Shown: positions 43,460 to 56,554 of the stretch, piece after piece
Layout of the letters: each line of letters starts with the position of its first letter
Numbering within the stretch: position 1 is the stretch's first letter
Assembly (NCBI RefSeq): GCF_009914755.1
Contig: NC_060934.1
Length of the DNA: 64,000 nucleotides
Source: the human T2T-CHM13v2.0 reference genome, Homo sapiens
Direction: 5' to 3' (one strand)
Notes under the pieces: model-generated
Seen by the model: the letters and a program-made list of their open reading frames with translations, nothing else
Database searches by the model: none
What the model was told of the DNA's origin: nothing
Translations under genes and position numbers: made by a program

Positions 43460-43830
43460 TTTACTTGGCATCAATTATGATTTGTGTTTTAAACAATTCA
43501 GTATGACACCAGCTGGGATGATTACTGATCTCTCCATTCCGTTAGGGGTGACCCTGGCAACAGGGCACAGATTCCATCCAATTCCAATTGGTGTTGCAAC
43601 ATAGGTCCATACGGGCAGTAGAGAAAGAGGCTCCGCTAGCTAACATGGCATTACCATACCTGTCATGAAAATCATGTGTACATTTCTGGTGGCTCTGCCT
43701 TTCCATTGTTTGCTGAATGCTTTGAACTCTGAGGTTACTTACTGTGCCGTTGGCCAAGGGAAATCCTGAAGCTAAAGATAAAAGTGTCTCAGTCAGGGAC
43801 ACCTCTATCAGAGCACTCATCACACAGCAT
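43460..43830 (-). pseudogene. Gene A FN3 exon relic
   Basis: EVSLTETLLSL..FPLANGTVSNLRVQ.../EPLS/LYC/VWTYVATPIGIG...PVARVT. Confidence 0.5.
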
Positions 43831-44214
43831 TGTGATGGGATTGGGTTGCTGTTATTAATCATAACGATTAATGATTAGAGAGCATGCAGGGAGGAGGGGA
43901 GCTTATCTAGACCAGGTACCTACTATGAGCCAGGATCTGGGTTCTCAGTGAATCCTCACCACAACCCAAGGTGCTTGGCAATATTCTCACCCCCAGTTTA
44001 TGGGACATTGAGGCACGGAGCCCTCTGTGACTTGTCAAAACCCACACAGTCCCTGAGTAGCATGGCTATGCTCACATCCAGCTCTCCCTGACTCTGGCCT
44101 GGAGAGATGGGTGGTCTGGAACAGCACTGACTAGATGCTGTGAGGCCCTTGATGTCTGTTGAGAGTGTGTGGAAAATGGGCACAAACAGGAAGATGGCTC
44201 CCAGGCTTGCCTCC

Positions 44215-44500
44215 CCAGCTCTTCCTCGGAAGCTTCCTTTCTACATGCAGACACCAGCTTGCCTAGGCAACATCTGCATCCGCGTGTGGTGTGTCTGGCG
44301 ACAATCAACCCCATGGCCCTGATTCCCATGGGACACAATGCTAGCTTTGCTACTACCATGGTCTCTGAAGACTGGTTGGAGCTGAAAACCCAAGACCTCA
44401 AAGCCATCCCTGTCCAGGCCTCCTATTGCCTGCAGGATTCCCATCTGGTGTTTGGGGAGTTGGGGGGGAGGCCCCAAGGAGCCCAGTGGGAGGGAAGGAG
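44215..44500 (-). pseudogene. Gene A FN3 exon relic
   Basis: RW...DRDGFEVLGFQLQ...G*LSPDTP/RMQM..QAGV matches the FN3 pattern L-x-P-x-T-x-Y...A..AG. Confidence 0.5.
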
Positions 44501-46499
44501 CATGGACCTCTGTGGGAGAGCAGAGAGCTTGCCAGGCCTCTGAATGGTACAGCTGGCCCCCGAGTCTCCTGACCCTGATCTTGAGAAATATGGGGCTCCC
44601 AGCCCAAAGCAGACAGGTGCTCCAGGATGGGGACTAGACCCAGGCCTCAGAGCAGCTGTGGTACCCTTCACCTCCTTCTGCACCAGAAAACAGAGCACTC
44701 TCCTCCTCCTCCTTTTCCTCAGATCCAGGGTGGCCATTCACGTCTTCCTCGGGCTAATCCTCAGCACTGCACACTCAGGTCCTTCCCCACAAGTAGGAAT
44801 TGCTCCTGAGTGTGGGGGGCCATCGGCTCGGTGCAATGTTGTTGAAAAGGCATCCCGTCCTGGCCCCTTGTCTGGCACTTGGAAAGGGCAAGGCCAATGA
44901 TGTGACACTCAGCCCTGCAGAAATACAGTCATGGACCATCTGGAGCAGTGAACATTTGACAGAGACTGGCTGTTTGTCTTCTACTCTCCCCTCTGGAAGG
45001 CACCCAAGTTCCTTTGGAGTCTCCTTGCCCCCACTAGGCGAAGTCTTGGGAGGGCTGGTCCAGATGCCAGAGTGGATAGGCCCTTCCTCACCACCCCAGT
45101 GTAGTCAGGGGTAGGCATGTAGCTTAAGCACAGATACTGAGACTTTGGGCTTTCGGCAAGTGAGCCATGCCGGGATTGCAGAGCCAGGCGAGATTCAACC
45201 TTCCCAGCACAGAGTACCACCCGCTCGCCCCTCCCAGCTCCTGGCCCCGTGACAGCCCAGCCGCTTGCCCCTTCCACAAGTGTCACTCCCATCACATCCT
45301 ACCCCCTGGTTTCTGGTGAATTTCCCCTTTGCTAGAGTTAGCCAGAGCTGGCTTCTGCAACCTGCTCCAACCAGGACTCTTAATCTCCACTCCCCCGGCC
45401 CCACCCCATTTACGGTTACTCACTAGAAAGACTTATGGTTCTGGTCTCAAGCCTGCAGCCAACCCACTTGGTTCCCTTTGATAGCACCAACCCACTTGGT
45501 TCCCTTCAATAGCATTGTGCTAATTCCAGAAGACGGATTTTAGCAATGAGTTACAAAGCTTAACGGATGACCTAATTCATCTCACCAAACATGGCCGTTT
45601 TTTGGGGACAGGCCTGCTCTGGGATCTTAGCAACTCTTTTTGCCCAGAGTGCCAAAGCAGGCCTCTCCACTCCCCACCCGCTCCTTGTGGATTTAAAGGG
45701 AGGCCTAAACTTGGCCTGGGGCTGGATGCCCACATCAGCAAAAAGCCCAGGTCTGAGAGGCCCCCAGGATCAAGTCTGCAAGGAGCAGACAGCTTTCAAA
45801 GGGCTGGGAGGGGCAGGGTTTGCCAGGCAGCTGCCCTGGCAAGACAGAAGTACCAGGTGGGCAGGACCTGGGGGTCCTTGAGTCTCAGTCCCTTTGTGGG
45901 GCCTGGCTCCTTCATGCCTGCCCCGGGGGAGCTAGCCTCAGCAGGCTGAGGAAGAGCAGGGCTCTGGGGTTAGAGCTGGCTCAAGCTGCAGTTCCACCGC
46001 TCACCGGCCCTCGGATCCCAGCAAGTTACTTAGCTTGTCAGAGTCCCAGGGGCCTTGCCTGTTAGATGGGTTAGTAGAGGTTAGTCCCAGGAGTGTGGTG
46101 AGGATAAACGTGGTGTGCTCAGCTTCATTCCTTAGAAGGAACTCAGTGAATGTTTAGCCCACTAGCACTCATACACACCTTGGTCTACAACCTCAGGCAC
46201 TCAACAAATATGATATTTGTTAGAAAGAATCATGTTAATTCTATCTCCAAGCCCTATGTTCCCAGGCTGGAAGGGAGCTGAGTCCCAGCTACTATTGAGA
46301 TGGAGGGAAGGGGTCCTCTTTGCTGTGGTCAGGCTTACATGGGGCCTGGCAATGGGATGGGCTGTTCTTGGTCCCTCCTGGTCACCTGATGTCTTTACCT
46401 GCAGTCACTTGGGGCTGGAAGCTAGGTAGCTCTCCTGCCTTTCTTGACCATGGTGTGTCTGTCTGAGGCGGGACCCTGGTGTCTGGAGCCTGCTTTCCT

Positions 46500-46736
46500 G
46501 GTGGCACCATGCCTATCACCTTCCTGGGGCATTGCTGGGGGCAGGGTGACCAGTCTAGGGGAACGCCTCTTTCCCGACCCTGTCCACATCAATTATCTGG
46601 GGTGGGAGAGCAGGAGATTTCTGCTTTCTGCTGCAGAGACCTCACCTTCCCCTGAGGCAAGTGGCCTAGGGATTAAAAAGGGCCAGGAGATCAAAGCACA
46701 AACCAGCATCTTATACATTATACGGTCCTCCTCCTC
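46500..46736 (-). pseudogene. Gene A FN3-like exon relic
   Basis: Acceptor ttattattccaag|A; GGPYNV*.../ALISWP resembles FN3 strands A-B. Confidence 0.3.
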
Positions 46737-48529
46737 TTGGAATAATAATTATTAGAATTAAAACATTGGTTATAGCTTTGCCTGCCCCCAATTAACTCAA
46801 ACCTCCTCTCACTCAGTCCGCTTGTGAGGCCCATCTCATTCACCCTTCCAGGATTCTAAGTCCCCCACTATCTCTACACCAGGGGCAGCCTCTCCACCTT
46901 GGACCCTGAGCCCACTCAGCAGTGTTTTTTGCAAGCCCTCCAGATGAGGCGGAGGCTCACTAAAGCTTGAGAACCACTGCCCGACACCATTCTCCTGCCA
47001 CAGAGGACAACTTTTCATTCTGGCAGAAAGCTTAACCTCCTGTTGCTTCCAATCCTTACATTAAATTCAGTTACCTATGTGCTGAGCGCCTTGGAACTAA
47101 GGTGTGAAGGAGACACACAGACCCCGTGCCCACTGTGCTTGCCCATTGCTGCTTCTGCCCAGCTGCTCTCCCTGATTCTTCACCTGGCTGACTCTCACTT
47201 AACCTTCAAAGAGCAGGGTCGTTGTCACTTTATCCTGGAAGTCCCATGCACTCCCTGCGTGCATTAGGGTCCCCTCCTCCAGGCTCACACAATTGCCTTT
47301 TTACTCTCCTCCTAGCCTTTCTCATCCTGTGAGTCAATGTCTGCCTTCCTGCCTGCTTCCTGAACTTGTTAATTCTGTGAGGGTAGGAAGGTGTCTTTCT
47401 TACTCCAAGGTAACAGATCATTATACAGAATGGCAGGACTACTGACTGTTCACCAAACCAGCCTTGCCTTCCTCCTGGAAAGAGGTGGACTCCATTTCCC
47501 AGACTCTCTTGCTCCGAGGTGTAGCCATGCAACTGCATTCTGGCCAATGGGCTGTGACGGGATGATGGGGCCACTTCCAGGCCTGGACCAACACATCTCC
47601 CAGGCATGATGGCCTCCTAGCATGGAAACAACTAGGATACTTTTGCAAGCCACAGGTTTCAGATGGCGAAACCATGAAATAGGAAGATGCTGGGAGATCA
47701 ACTGCCTGCCAATCACAAGTGTTCATTTTTGACTTTATATGAAAGACAAATACATTCTTGTGTCAAGATCCTGAGATTTGGGGGTTATTCCAGCAGTTCA
47801 CTTACCCTAATACAAAAAAGCTAAGCTCACTGGAGAATAAACATGAAATGGTTTTACTTTCCCAATAACTATGCCTATCACTTCCTACCTTCCCTTTGAG
47901 TCGTTGCTCACTTGGTGATTTTCCCAGGGTCCAGAGTGTGTGCCACTCTTAGTTATTCTAACAGTCTCATTAAGGATCTCTCCAATCCTTAATTCTGTTC
48001 CCTCACATCTGGTTCAAAGCTCTTTTTGTGCTGCTCCCCCAGCACTGTGGCCCTCACGGACTGGGGTGTGCTGGCATAGATAGGGGTTGCTTCTCCTAGA
48101 CTCTTCCCTGAACTGCACCCTGGGCACTGGGGTGGGAAGGAGGCAGAGGGGAAATGTAGACCTTTCTTTGCTTGCCAGGCAAGGTTGCAGTTCCCTCCCT
48201 GGTGGACGGTGTTGTGAACTGGGGCAGGGGCACCCTCCCAACCAGCTCCTCTGGGCACTGGGGATCTGTTGTGCGTTCTGACCTCAAATCTCAGCTGACT
48301 TCCTGCAGGTGGCATCTTGCCTGTCTGCCCTGCACTATGAGAATTCTAGAAAGTCTGAGGGCCCATGTCATCCTCTTTTCTCCATCAGTGCCCAGGCCTG
48401 TGGTCCCACAGAGGCTTCACATTCTGCTCCTCTTGAGAACTGGATGCTTACGGCAGGAGGTGTGCCTGGCAGAACCCCATTTGCCATCAGTCCTCAGTCA
48501 GATTTTCCTTGCCTGGGTAACCATGAAAA

Positions 48530-48842
48530 GCAAATCTTGTGTGTAAGCAACTGTCCAAGCAAGACACAAATGCCAGTCACCCTTTCTCTCAGCCTCCCTT
48601 AAACTTTATAAGTGGTTTTCCTGCGTGTCCCCGCAGCTTCAGGGAGGAGACCGTCACCTCTGCCCAAAGCAATTGCTCCCACCTCTCAGTACGCTTTATA
48701 TACTGACCATGTCGGGAAAGCAGTGGCAGGCCACAGCCACAAGAGGACAGAAGTCCCACTGGCACTAAAGCCCCCTTATAAGAGTGTTTTCTCTGTGTCT
48801 TGCTCAGTGGCTGGATGTGCAGGTTCTCAGGTGCTTTTGGAA
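48530..48842 (-). pseudogene. Gene A FN3 exon relic (clearest FN3)
   Basis: VPKAPENLHIQPLSKT...GLPLL...QYIKRTERWEQ..EVTVSSLKLRG/QEN/TTYKV; the phase-1 acceptor appears changed from AG to GG. Confidence 0.65.
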
Positions 48843-49073
48843 CCAGAGGTGTATGCTGTATCAAGTTCCAAGACCTCCCAGCCCAGATGGGAACAATGCT
48901 AGAATCTGTAGGAGGCCCCATATGGCCAGATGTCTGTGTTGGAGGGCAATTTTAGTGTGTGGCTTTGGAAGCCAGATGGCTTGGCCTCAAGCTCCACTCC
49001 TATCTAGCTGTGCTGGCTGAAAGGCTGGGGGTGGGCAACAGGGCCTGCACTTTCTGGCCCAGAACTGGCAGAT

Positions 49074-49092
49074 CTCTCCACTAGATGGCACT
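49074..49092 (+). promoter_or_regulatory. CTCF motif
   Basis: CCACTAGATGGCAC matches the core consensus CCAC(C/T)AG(A/G)(G/T)GGC(A/G)C. Confidence 0.65.
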
Positions 49093-50018
49093 CACAGTAT
49101 AATGTTTCCTCATTTTTAATTCTACTTTGAAAACATTGTCATTTTTTATACCGTTGAATTGCACAAATAGAACTATGGCTTAAAATTTACGTAGTTAATT
49201 CTAGGCATGACCTTCCTTGGAATTCTGTCACATTTCCAAGAGTTGTCAAGTTTTTCCCCCTCTTGGGGGTGCTGGTTGGAGAGTGAGGGACCCATTGTGG
49301 TGTGACCAGTACCACAGGCCAGCACAGGCATAGCCTGGAAGTGATCCGGGGTTTGTCCTCCTTCCTCATATCCTGCCCTGATTTCCTGGCCTAGGCCCAG
49401 ACCCCAGGCGGGGCTGTTAGGCTCCTTCCTGCGCCTGTTAGTTCACTGCTCACAGAGCCTGCCACCTGGCACCCTCGGAACTGTAGGAGAAGCCCCTTGT
49501 CCCCCCAGATGCACTTGCCACCCTTCACCCACCCAGCCTGGATTTCCTCTTGGTCTTTGCACATTTACCCCGGGGGCTGTGCTTGGTGCACACTGGCATG
49601 GCCCACTTGGTGATACTTCCTGCTCCTGCCCCCAGGTAACTGTGCTCAGCCTAGTGAGGATAAGTCCTTATTGTGCCTTGAGCTCAGGAAGAAAATGTCC
49701 CCAGACTCCCTAATGGCAGAGACTGACCCCTGCTCATCTCAGGGCCCTGCAAGGCTGGCTCAAAGCTGAGGTCACACGAGAGGTTTGCTGAGTTGGATGT
49801 GAATGGGTTTCTTGGCCTTCCTGTGACTGCACGTTGCTGTGGTTTAAGGTGGGTTCATCCAATCTTCTTATTCGTTTTTAGCCCCAACATGGCCTATAGC
49901 TGAAGCCTCAGTCAGCAACTGCTGTAACAGGAAGCCCACCCTTCTGGGGTCAGGCTGACCTGGGAGGGTCCAGGCTCCTGTACCTTCCAGCTGTTTGGCC
50001 TCAGGAGATTCACCTTAC

Positions 50019-50330
50019 CCCTCTGGCCTGACATCTTCATGGGCTGTGAAGGATGGGGAGCTTTGCCAGCTGCAGCCAGAACCAAGCATGAGCTTCGAGT
50101 GCAGCCTCCCAGGTCCCATCTGAGCAGGCTGATAGGAAGCATCCTAAATCCGGAGCCCCCAGTGGGAGGGGAGCAGAGGGGACCACTCTTGGGCCCCGGG
50201 CAGCACTGGCATTGTGCTCTGCTCTGCAGATAGCTGCGCCGCACTCTGCAAAGGCTGACTGGACCGCTCACCGCCCACCACCCGTCCCGCTCTCCCTGAA
50301 CTGCTCAGCAGCTGCACAAAGGCTGGAGGG
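50019..50330 (-). pseudogene. Gene A Ig-like exon relic
   Basis: GPVSLC...LPISLLRWDLGGCT; donor GGG|gtaagg. Confidence 0.3.
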
Positions 50331-51199
50331 CAGAGATGGGCAGCTCTGGGGAGCAGCTCGCAGGATCTGCAGGAACCTGATGCGCAGGCAGGCTACTGCT
50401 GCTGTGCTTGAGACAAAGGAGTTCAGGAACTTTCCTTCCCATAACAAAGTCCTTAGGCCCAGGTGGGGAAAATGCTAGAATCTGTAGGGGTCCTCAGATG
50501 GCCAGATGCCTGTGTTGGAGGGCAAGGTAAGTGTGTAGCCCAGAATGTCTGGGCTGAAGCCCCAACTCCGCCACTAGCTGTGTGTCTCTCTGGGGATTCT
50601 TTCTAATCTCCACGGTCTGTTTTTGTACAATAGGTCTGACGACATTCCCTATCTTAGAGGGATGTTGGGAGTATTGTGGGAGGCAGAATAATGGTCCTCA
50701 AAGATGTCCATCTTCTAATTTCTGGAACCTTGTGACTATGTTACCTTATATGGCAAAGGGTCTTCTCCTACCGCCCCCAACACCCCCAACACCACTGGCA
50801 AGAGTCAAATAAATTCTTGTAAATAGCTCTGACCCAGATAATGAACATGCACACAGGTGATGTCCCTTATCTGGCCTATGGAGCACACACTCAGTGCCTT
50901 TCTGAATTGATGGCTGGAGTGTGTTGACCTCTACCTTCTAGTTCTGGCCTTGAGTCACTACCCCTGTCCCCAGAGCCAGGGGCCACACCCCTCGCCTAGA
51001 TGGCAGGGCCCTGCCTACGTCACTACTTGCATTTCTTCTCTATCTGAATAGCTGAGGCCTTTTCTCCTGGTTCCACAGTCAACCTCTGTTTTCTACTCCA
51101 TACCCCAGGATCCCTTTGTTACCACCTTCTGATGTGCAGTTTTACCACAAAGATTCTTGCATTAGATGAAAAGGAATACCCAAGTGAAACCATAGGTAC

Positions 51200-51519
51200 T
51201 TGAATTTTGCACAGGCGCGTATAGTTGGAAAGGGTGTTTCTGCACTTCAACTTTTGCCTGTGCCCCTGCGAACTCTGGTATGGACAGGACAAAGGTAGAC
51301 ATGCCCCTATCCCAGGCAGGATCTTCTCATACCTGTTCCCAAAGAGCCTCTACTCATGGCCTGAGCCTGGGGTGCTCCCTCAGTGGACAGCCAATAGATC
51401 ATTTCTCAGGGTGGCTGGGGTGGCTTTACTGCTTTGCGACCAATCATAGATTTACTGGTTCACTGGGCCACAGTGAGGCCCTAGCACACTCAGTTCACAG
51501 CCACCACTTCCCAGGATGT
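51200..51519 (-). pseudogene. Gene A Ig I-set-like exon relic (clearest Ig)
   Basis: EPVNL (51447-51461), IYW (~51391-51400), GSL, DRG/VYLC (51287-51313) and AQAKVEVQ (51240-51263), in the expected order and spacing. Confidence 0.6.
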
Positions 51520-52189
51520 CTAAATTCAGCTGACACTCTTGGTACCCTTCCCAGACTCCTCAGCACTCACTGTTCCCATCACGCTGCCAGTGGTCTCCTT
51601 CCTCAAGCATCTGCAACTGTCCCTGAAGGCTGTCTCTGTCTGCAGAGTTTTGTCCATGTGAGGGTAGGCTAGAAATGTCGGTTACTCCCCAGAAAGCAGT
51701 TCTCAAGGACTTGGGGGGTGGGAGTGGGTGGGTAGAGCCCCAGCCTCACTTCTTGGATGAGACCCCTCTGAAGCCTGTTCTGCACTGTGTCCAGAAGCCC
51801 CTGTGGGAACTGAGCTAGGATGCCTGCAGCAGCAACCCACTCACTAGCATGTCTGGGCTGGCTTTCTTCCCTTCTCTGACTCCCTTCCTCATGCCAGATC
51901 CTTGTCTCAGGCTCTGCTTCTAGGGGAGGCCAAGCTAAAGAAAACACTGGCTGACAGCAGAGCCGGCCCTGCCATGTACACTGGCTTCTCTGCAAGGCAC
52001 TTTTACTTAGTGCATTAACAACGACATTGTCAAACTTGGAAGTTTAAAATATTGTTTTGTAACTGCTAACGTGACAGTAGAGCAGTTCTTTAGGAAAATT
52101 ATTCCCCTTCCTCCTGCCACATCCCAATTCTCTGCCTTGGAATTTATAATCATCCTTACCTAAATATTCTCGATCTGTGCTAGTGTTTT

Positions 52190-52581
52190 TCCCTGGCTTT
52201 ATTTCCAGGTATTGTGTTTAGATTTTCACCCTGAGATGTTCCCATTGACTAGTTTCTTTCCTTGCATTTATCGTGAATTTAAAAATCCTCGTTTCGCATT
52301 ACCCAAAAGCTCATTGTCCAGATAATTGATGGGACTTTCTAATTTCTTCCCCATGTGAGTATGCTGTCGATTTGGCCCACATTTCCGAGTCATGCCTGGA
52401 GACTGTGCTGTGGCTCCTGCGGGAGGAGTGTCACGAAGGTCTGCCCTTCCCAGGCCAGGGGCATGGCAACACCCCCACCAGGGCTGCAGAGCTGGAAGGT
52501 GCTCAGGCCTACCTGGGCTGATCTCAAAGAGGTGCTTCCCTGGGTCCTCGGGGCCAGGAGGAAGTTCAGTCACCTGTGTCC
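52190..52581 (-). pseudogene. Gene A Ig-like exon relic
   Basis: Acceptor tttatttctctacaag|G; ILTWGRN...[11 protein letters not shown]...TQYLEIK. Confidence 0.4.
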
Positions 52582-54100
52582 CTTGTAGAGAAATAAATCC
52601 CTAAAAAGGAGGCAAACACAAACACAGGGAGCATGAGATGATGGGGAGGGGACTGCTGTCGTCAGGGTCCCTGGAGAGGAGAGGTTAGGACCTGGGGCCC
52701 TCCAGGCCATGGCTGGGAAGGCTGGGCCTCAGAGAGGGGCACACACCTCCTCTCCTAGGGAGAGATGAGGCCTACTCAGAGTCCCAGGTGGATTAAGGTG
52801 GACACTGTAGTCTGCATACATGATTGGAGGAGCTCTGCCCACAGGCAGGGGGAACTCTGGAGCAGGGAGGGAGGCTCCCACCACTGGGAGCGCCTGATCC
52901 AGTGTGCCACCTAAGCCTTTCTGGGCCAGCAGGGTTTCAGGCTGGACAGGGTCAGGGAGAAGCCTGGCACTCTGGCTCCTGAGGCAACATGGGGGAAAGG
53001 ATCAACAGATCTGTGTGCGTCCAGTCCTGCCACGTCTTGGCTGGGTGAGATTTCCTTTCTTTACCAATGAGATAGGAGTCAGTTACCATGTACATGGTAC
53101 CCCACTACAGAGAGTGCCAGGTGCCTGGGGTGCATGTGTATGCATGACAGAGGGCGGCTCCACCTGCTCTCTAGTGCTGAGGTCTGGCAGCTGGGCTGAA
53201 AGGTGCAGAAAAAAAGCATGAGGTATAGGGACGGGGAGGCTGGCTTTGAGTCCCAGCCTTGCACTTCCAGGCTGTGTGACCTCAGGTAACCCGCTCAATG
53301 TCTCTGAACCTCAGTTTCCACATCTGCACAATGGGACATGTCTCAGGAGGGTCGAGATGCCAGATTCCCATGTGGTAAGTCCTACTCAAGAGAATGAGGT
53401 GTTATAACCGCTGTGATTGACCCTTCCCCAACCCCCAGGCTAGGCAGGGCCTCCTTTATCCTCCTTCTGTATGTCAGTGACTATGAGCTGTGCTGAGGCC
53501 TTTATTTCATTCATGCTTGGTTTTGCTCAACTCAGACTTGGTATGGCTTCACTACATATTTTTGGTCCTCTCAATGGGAAACGCATTTTGAACTCCATCC
53601 CTGCAACCAACTACCTGGGTTCAAATCCTGGCTCAGCTACAGGAACATTGTTCAACCTGTCTGTGCCCCAGTTTCCTTGTCTGTGAAACAGGAATAATAA
53701 AGTACTTTGTAGGGATATTTGGAGCATCAAATGAATTAGTACTTGGAAGTTCTTAGTACTTAGTACTGGTACACAGTGAGAACTGTGTAAGTGTTTGCTA
53801 AATAAATGCCTGCTATTATTGTATATAAGGGCTCCACACCTAGTGGGGCACCGCATCCCTGTGTCTGCATTTACCCAGGTGAGGGGCAAAGTCACCTGCT
53901 GTATCCAGGTCGCCTCCTGCCTCTACCCCCATGTGTACTCACAGAGTACACACCCCCAATATTTTCCAGGCAAATCCTGGCTTTCACAGGGTGATGGGAG
54001 CCTCCCATGTGCTGCTGGAATCCTGCGCTCCAAGGACACATGGAAGTGACTCTTCTCATTTAAGCAACGTTAATGTGGAAAGGCAGAACATCGTCCTTAC

Positions 54101-54434
54101 CCGCAGATGCTTGCTTTAGAGGAATTACAGCAATAAACCAGAGAACCAGCTGGTAATCTTTGTAACTGAATTGATGGTTACTTTCTTGCTAGAGAACTTG
54201 GAGCTACTGGAAATACATTAGGATAGCAGCCCCAGGATGGATAAATGTGCTCATTAGAGGGTGTGGGTGAGATCCATCACTGGCTAACGGAATGCATCTT
54301 GGGCGATTGCTGTTTCAGTAACAGAGTCCCTGTGTCATTCTAGGTACTTTGCTGTTTTTTTTCCTGTGTCCCAAAATCTGTCATCCATACAAGGAGAGTA
54401 ACAATATTGACATTGACATTGCTTTCTACTATAG
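54101..54434 (-). pseudogene. Gene A Ig-like exon relic
   Basis: Acceptor ctgcttttccatttag|C and donor CGG|gtaagg; LVW...NDTGTLLLKQ/AQDAFR(Y)Q(C>*), a DxGxYxC-like motif. Confidence 0.5.
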
Positions 54435-55387
54435 CTAAATGGAAAAGCAGTAATAGCTTCTGTTTATAAAGACTGTACTATATTCCTGGCTCTTTGCCTA
54501 AATTACTGGATTTAATGTAGAGACCCCAGAGGGGTAGACACTACCATTCCTGTCTTCCCAGACAAGCAGACAGAGGTCAGGAAGGTGATGCAACCAGCCC
54601 TGTGCCCACCGCCCACAAGGGTGTGCTGGGGACGTCAGCTCAGGTGTGCCCAATGCTGGAGCCCCAGGCTTTACTCTTTGCTTCCCTATCTTTATCATGG
54701 CAGCCACCAACTGACTTTGTTTGCAAGAAGCCACCGTGGAGAGCCAGGCTGTGACTGTGGGATCTGCTGCTCACTTCTCAGGGGAATCCCAGTGTGCCCC
54801 CCACCACTGCAGGGGCCCTAGCACTGGCCCTCGGCTGCCCAGATTCCTCTGCCTCCCACAGGTCAAGAATGTGGCTCTGGGACTGGGTGGGGGTTGGGGG
54901 CCTGGGGAGCAGAGGGAGTCTGCTCTCTGGTCCCTGGTATGACATTTGCTAAGACTGTGATGAAAAGATGTGAATGGAGTCAGAACATAGCATTCAGCTG
55001 AGACACTCAGGGTAGGTCTCAACTTTGAACGTGCCTTGGAGTCACCCCAGGGCTTGTTAAAACACAGAGAATCTGGTGTTTTGGTGGTGTTTAACAATGG
55101 GGTCTCTGAAAACTATAAAGTACCTGGATTTGGAGTGTTTGCTAACTTCAGTGATATAAATGCCCTCCCCCTCCATGGCCCATTTTATGACATCATTGCA
55201 TGTGGAGCTGAGAAGAGATGCACCATAGTGTTTGCACCACATGGATGCAATGGATGTCAGTAACCTCCAGAGCTTAAGACATAGTACGTGAAGTCATAGT
55301 ACATTAAGTTAGGAAATGATATATTTTGAATACTTTTTAACCTTTGTTTTTACTATAACTTATTTATCAGTAGATTTTTGCGATTTA

Positions 55388-55716
55388 ATGTTTTTTTTTG
55401 TTTTTTTGTTTTGTTTTGTTTTGTTTTGCTTTTTTGGGTCTTGCTCTGTGGCCCAGGCTGGAGAGCAGTGTTGCGATCACGGCTTACTGCAGCCTCTACC
55501 TACCGGGCTCCAGTGAGCCTCCCACCTCGACCTCTATTTGGGACCATAGGTGTATGCCACCATGCCTAGCTAATTTTTGCTATTTTTTAATTTTCAGTAG
55601 AAACTGGGTTTCCCTATCTTCCCCATGCTGGTCTTGATTTCCTGGGCTCAAGCAATCTTCTTGCCTCGGCCTCCCAAAGTGTTGGGGTTACAGGTGTGAG
55701 TCACACCACCCAGCCT
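55388..55716 (-). mobile_element. AluJ
   Basis: Diverged Alu with a (TTTTG)n tail. Confidence 0.85.
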
Positions 55717-56029
55717 GATTCAATTTCTAATAATGTAAGTGTTCAATCAGAATAGTGCTGGACCCCACCCTTGAGTTTCTAACCCTATAGGTCTGGGGAA
55801 AGTAGGACCATTTGCATTTCTAACCATTTTTCTGATGCTGAGAGCCCTGGGGAATACACTTTGAGAACCACTAGTCTAGGGACACTAAGGGAAGGTGGCC
55901 AGAGGATGACACCTTTTACATGAGCTCACTCAGCACCTTGGTTTCCTTACCTAGAAAATGAGGACAATAATAGTATCTGCTTCATGAGGCTGTCGTGAGG
56001 ATTAAATGATTTGATATCTGGCCCCATGG

Positions 56030-56288
56030 CCTTTGAGAGCCTGTGTTTTGCCAAGATTCTGTGCTTTAGACGCATGCAGGTCACAAGAACCAGTACCTGT
56101 TTCTGGCACCTCAGACAGTGCCCTCAACTATGAGGGTCCTGGGAATTCTTTGAGGAGCGCAAAGTGAGTGTCAGCACTTTGCCAGCTGGCCTTCCTACTA
56201 TAGTGCCAGGTCAGGGCTTAAGTGTTTGTATCTCAGAAGGAACCAGGCACACAGTTTGCACCTAGAACGGCAGTTTGCAGACGGGCAC
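56030..56288 (-). pseudogene. Gene A Ig-like exon relic
   Basis: Acceptor actctttctgtacctag|G; TAVLG...LTWHY...HFALL../RTLIVEG...RYW. Confidence 0.5.
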
Positions 56289-56554
56289 CTAGGTACAGAA
56301 AGAGTGTGCAAACTCCAGGCACATGATAGATTTCCACAAATGTTGGTCCCTTTCCCCCTTCCCCATGTGTCCGAGCTCATGTTAATTTGCTCTGTTAGGG
56401 AATTGCTCAGCCTATGTATCTAAGTTCCTCCTGAGAGGCTGCAGCTGACTTAATGCATCTCTAGCGCCATACAAATGCAGTCCATTGGTGTAAGTAGCTA
56501 ATGGACAAAGGATGTGCCATTTTGTCTGCATCTAGGAGGGCTCAGTATTTGCAA

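Noticed and set aside
43743-43771. 29-nt micro-exon with a gtaagt donor
   Set aside because: The surrounding sequence reads as one continuous FN3 domain, so the internal sites are probably incidental.
48612-48902. Plus-strand exon after a strong-looking acceptor (ttttcctgcgtgtccccgcag)
   Set aside because: The minus strand explains this region better as an FN3 relic, and I found no partner plus-strand exons.
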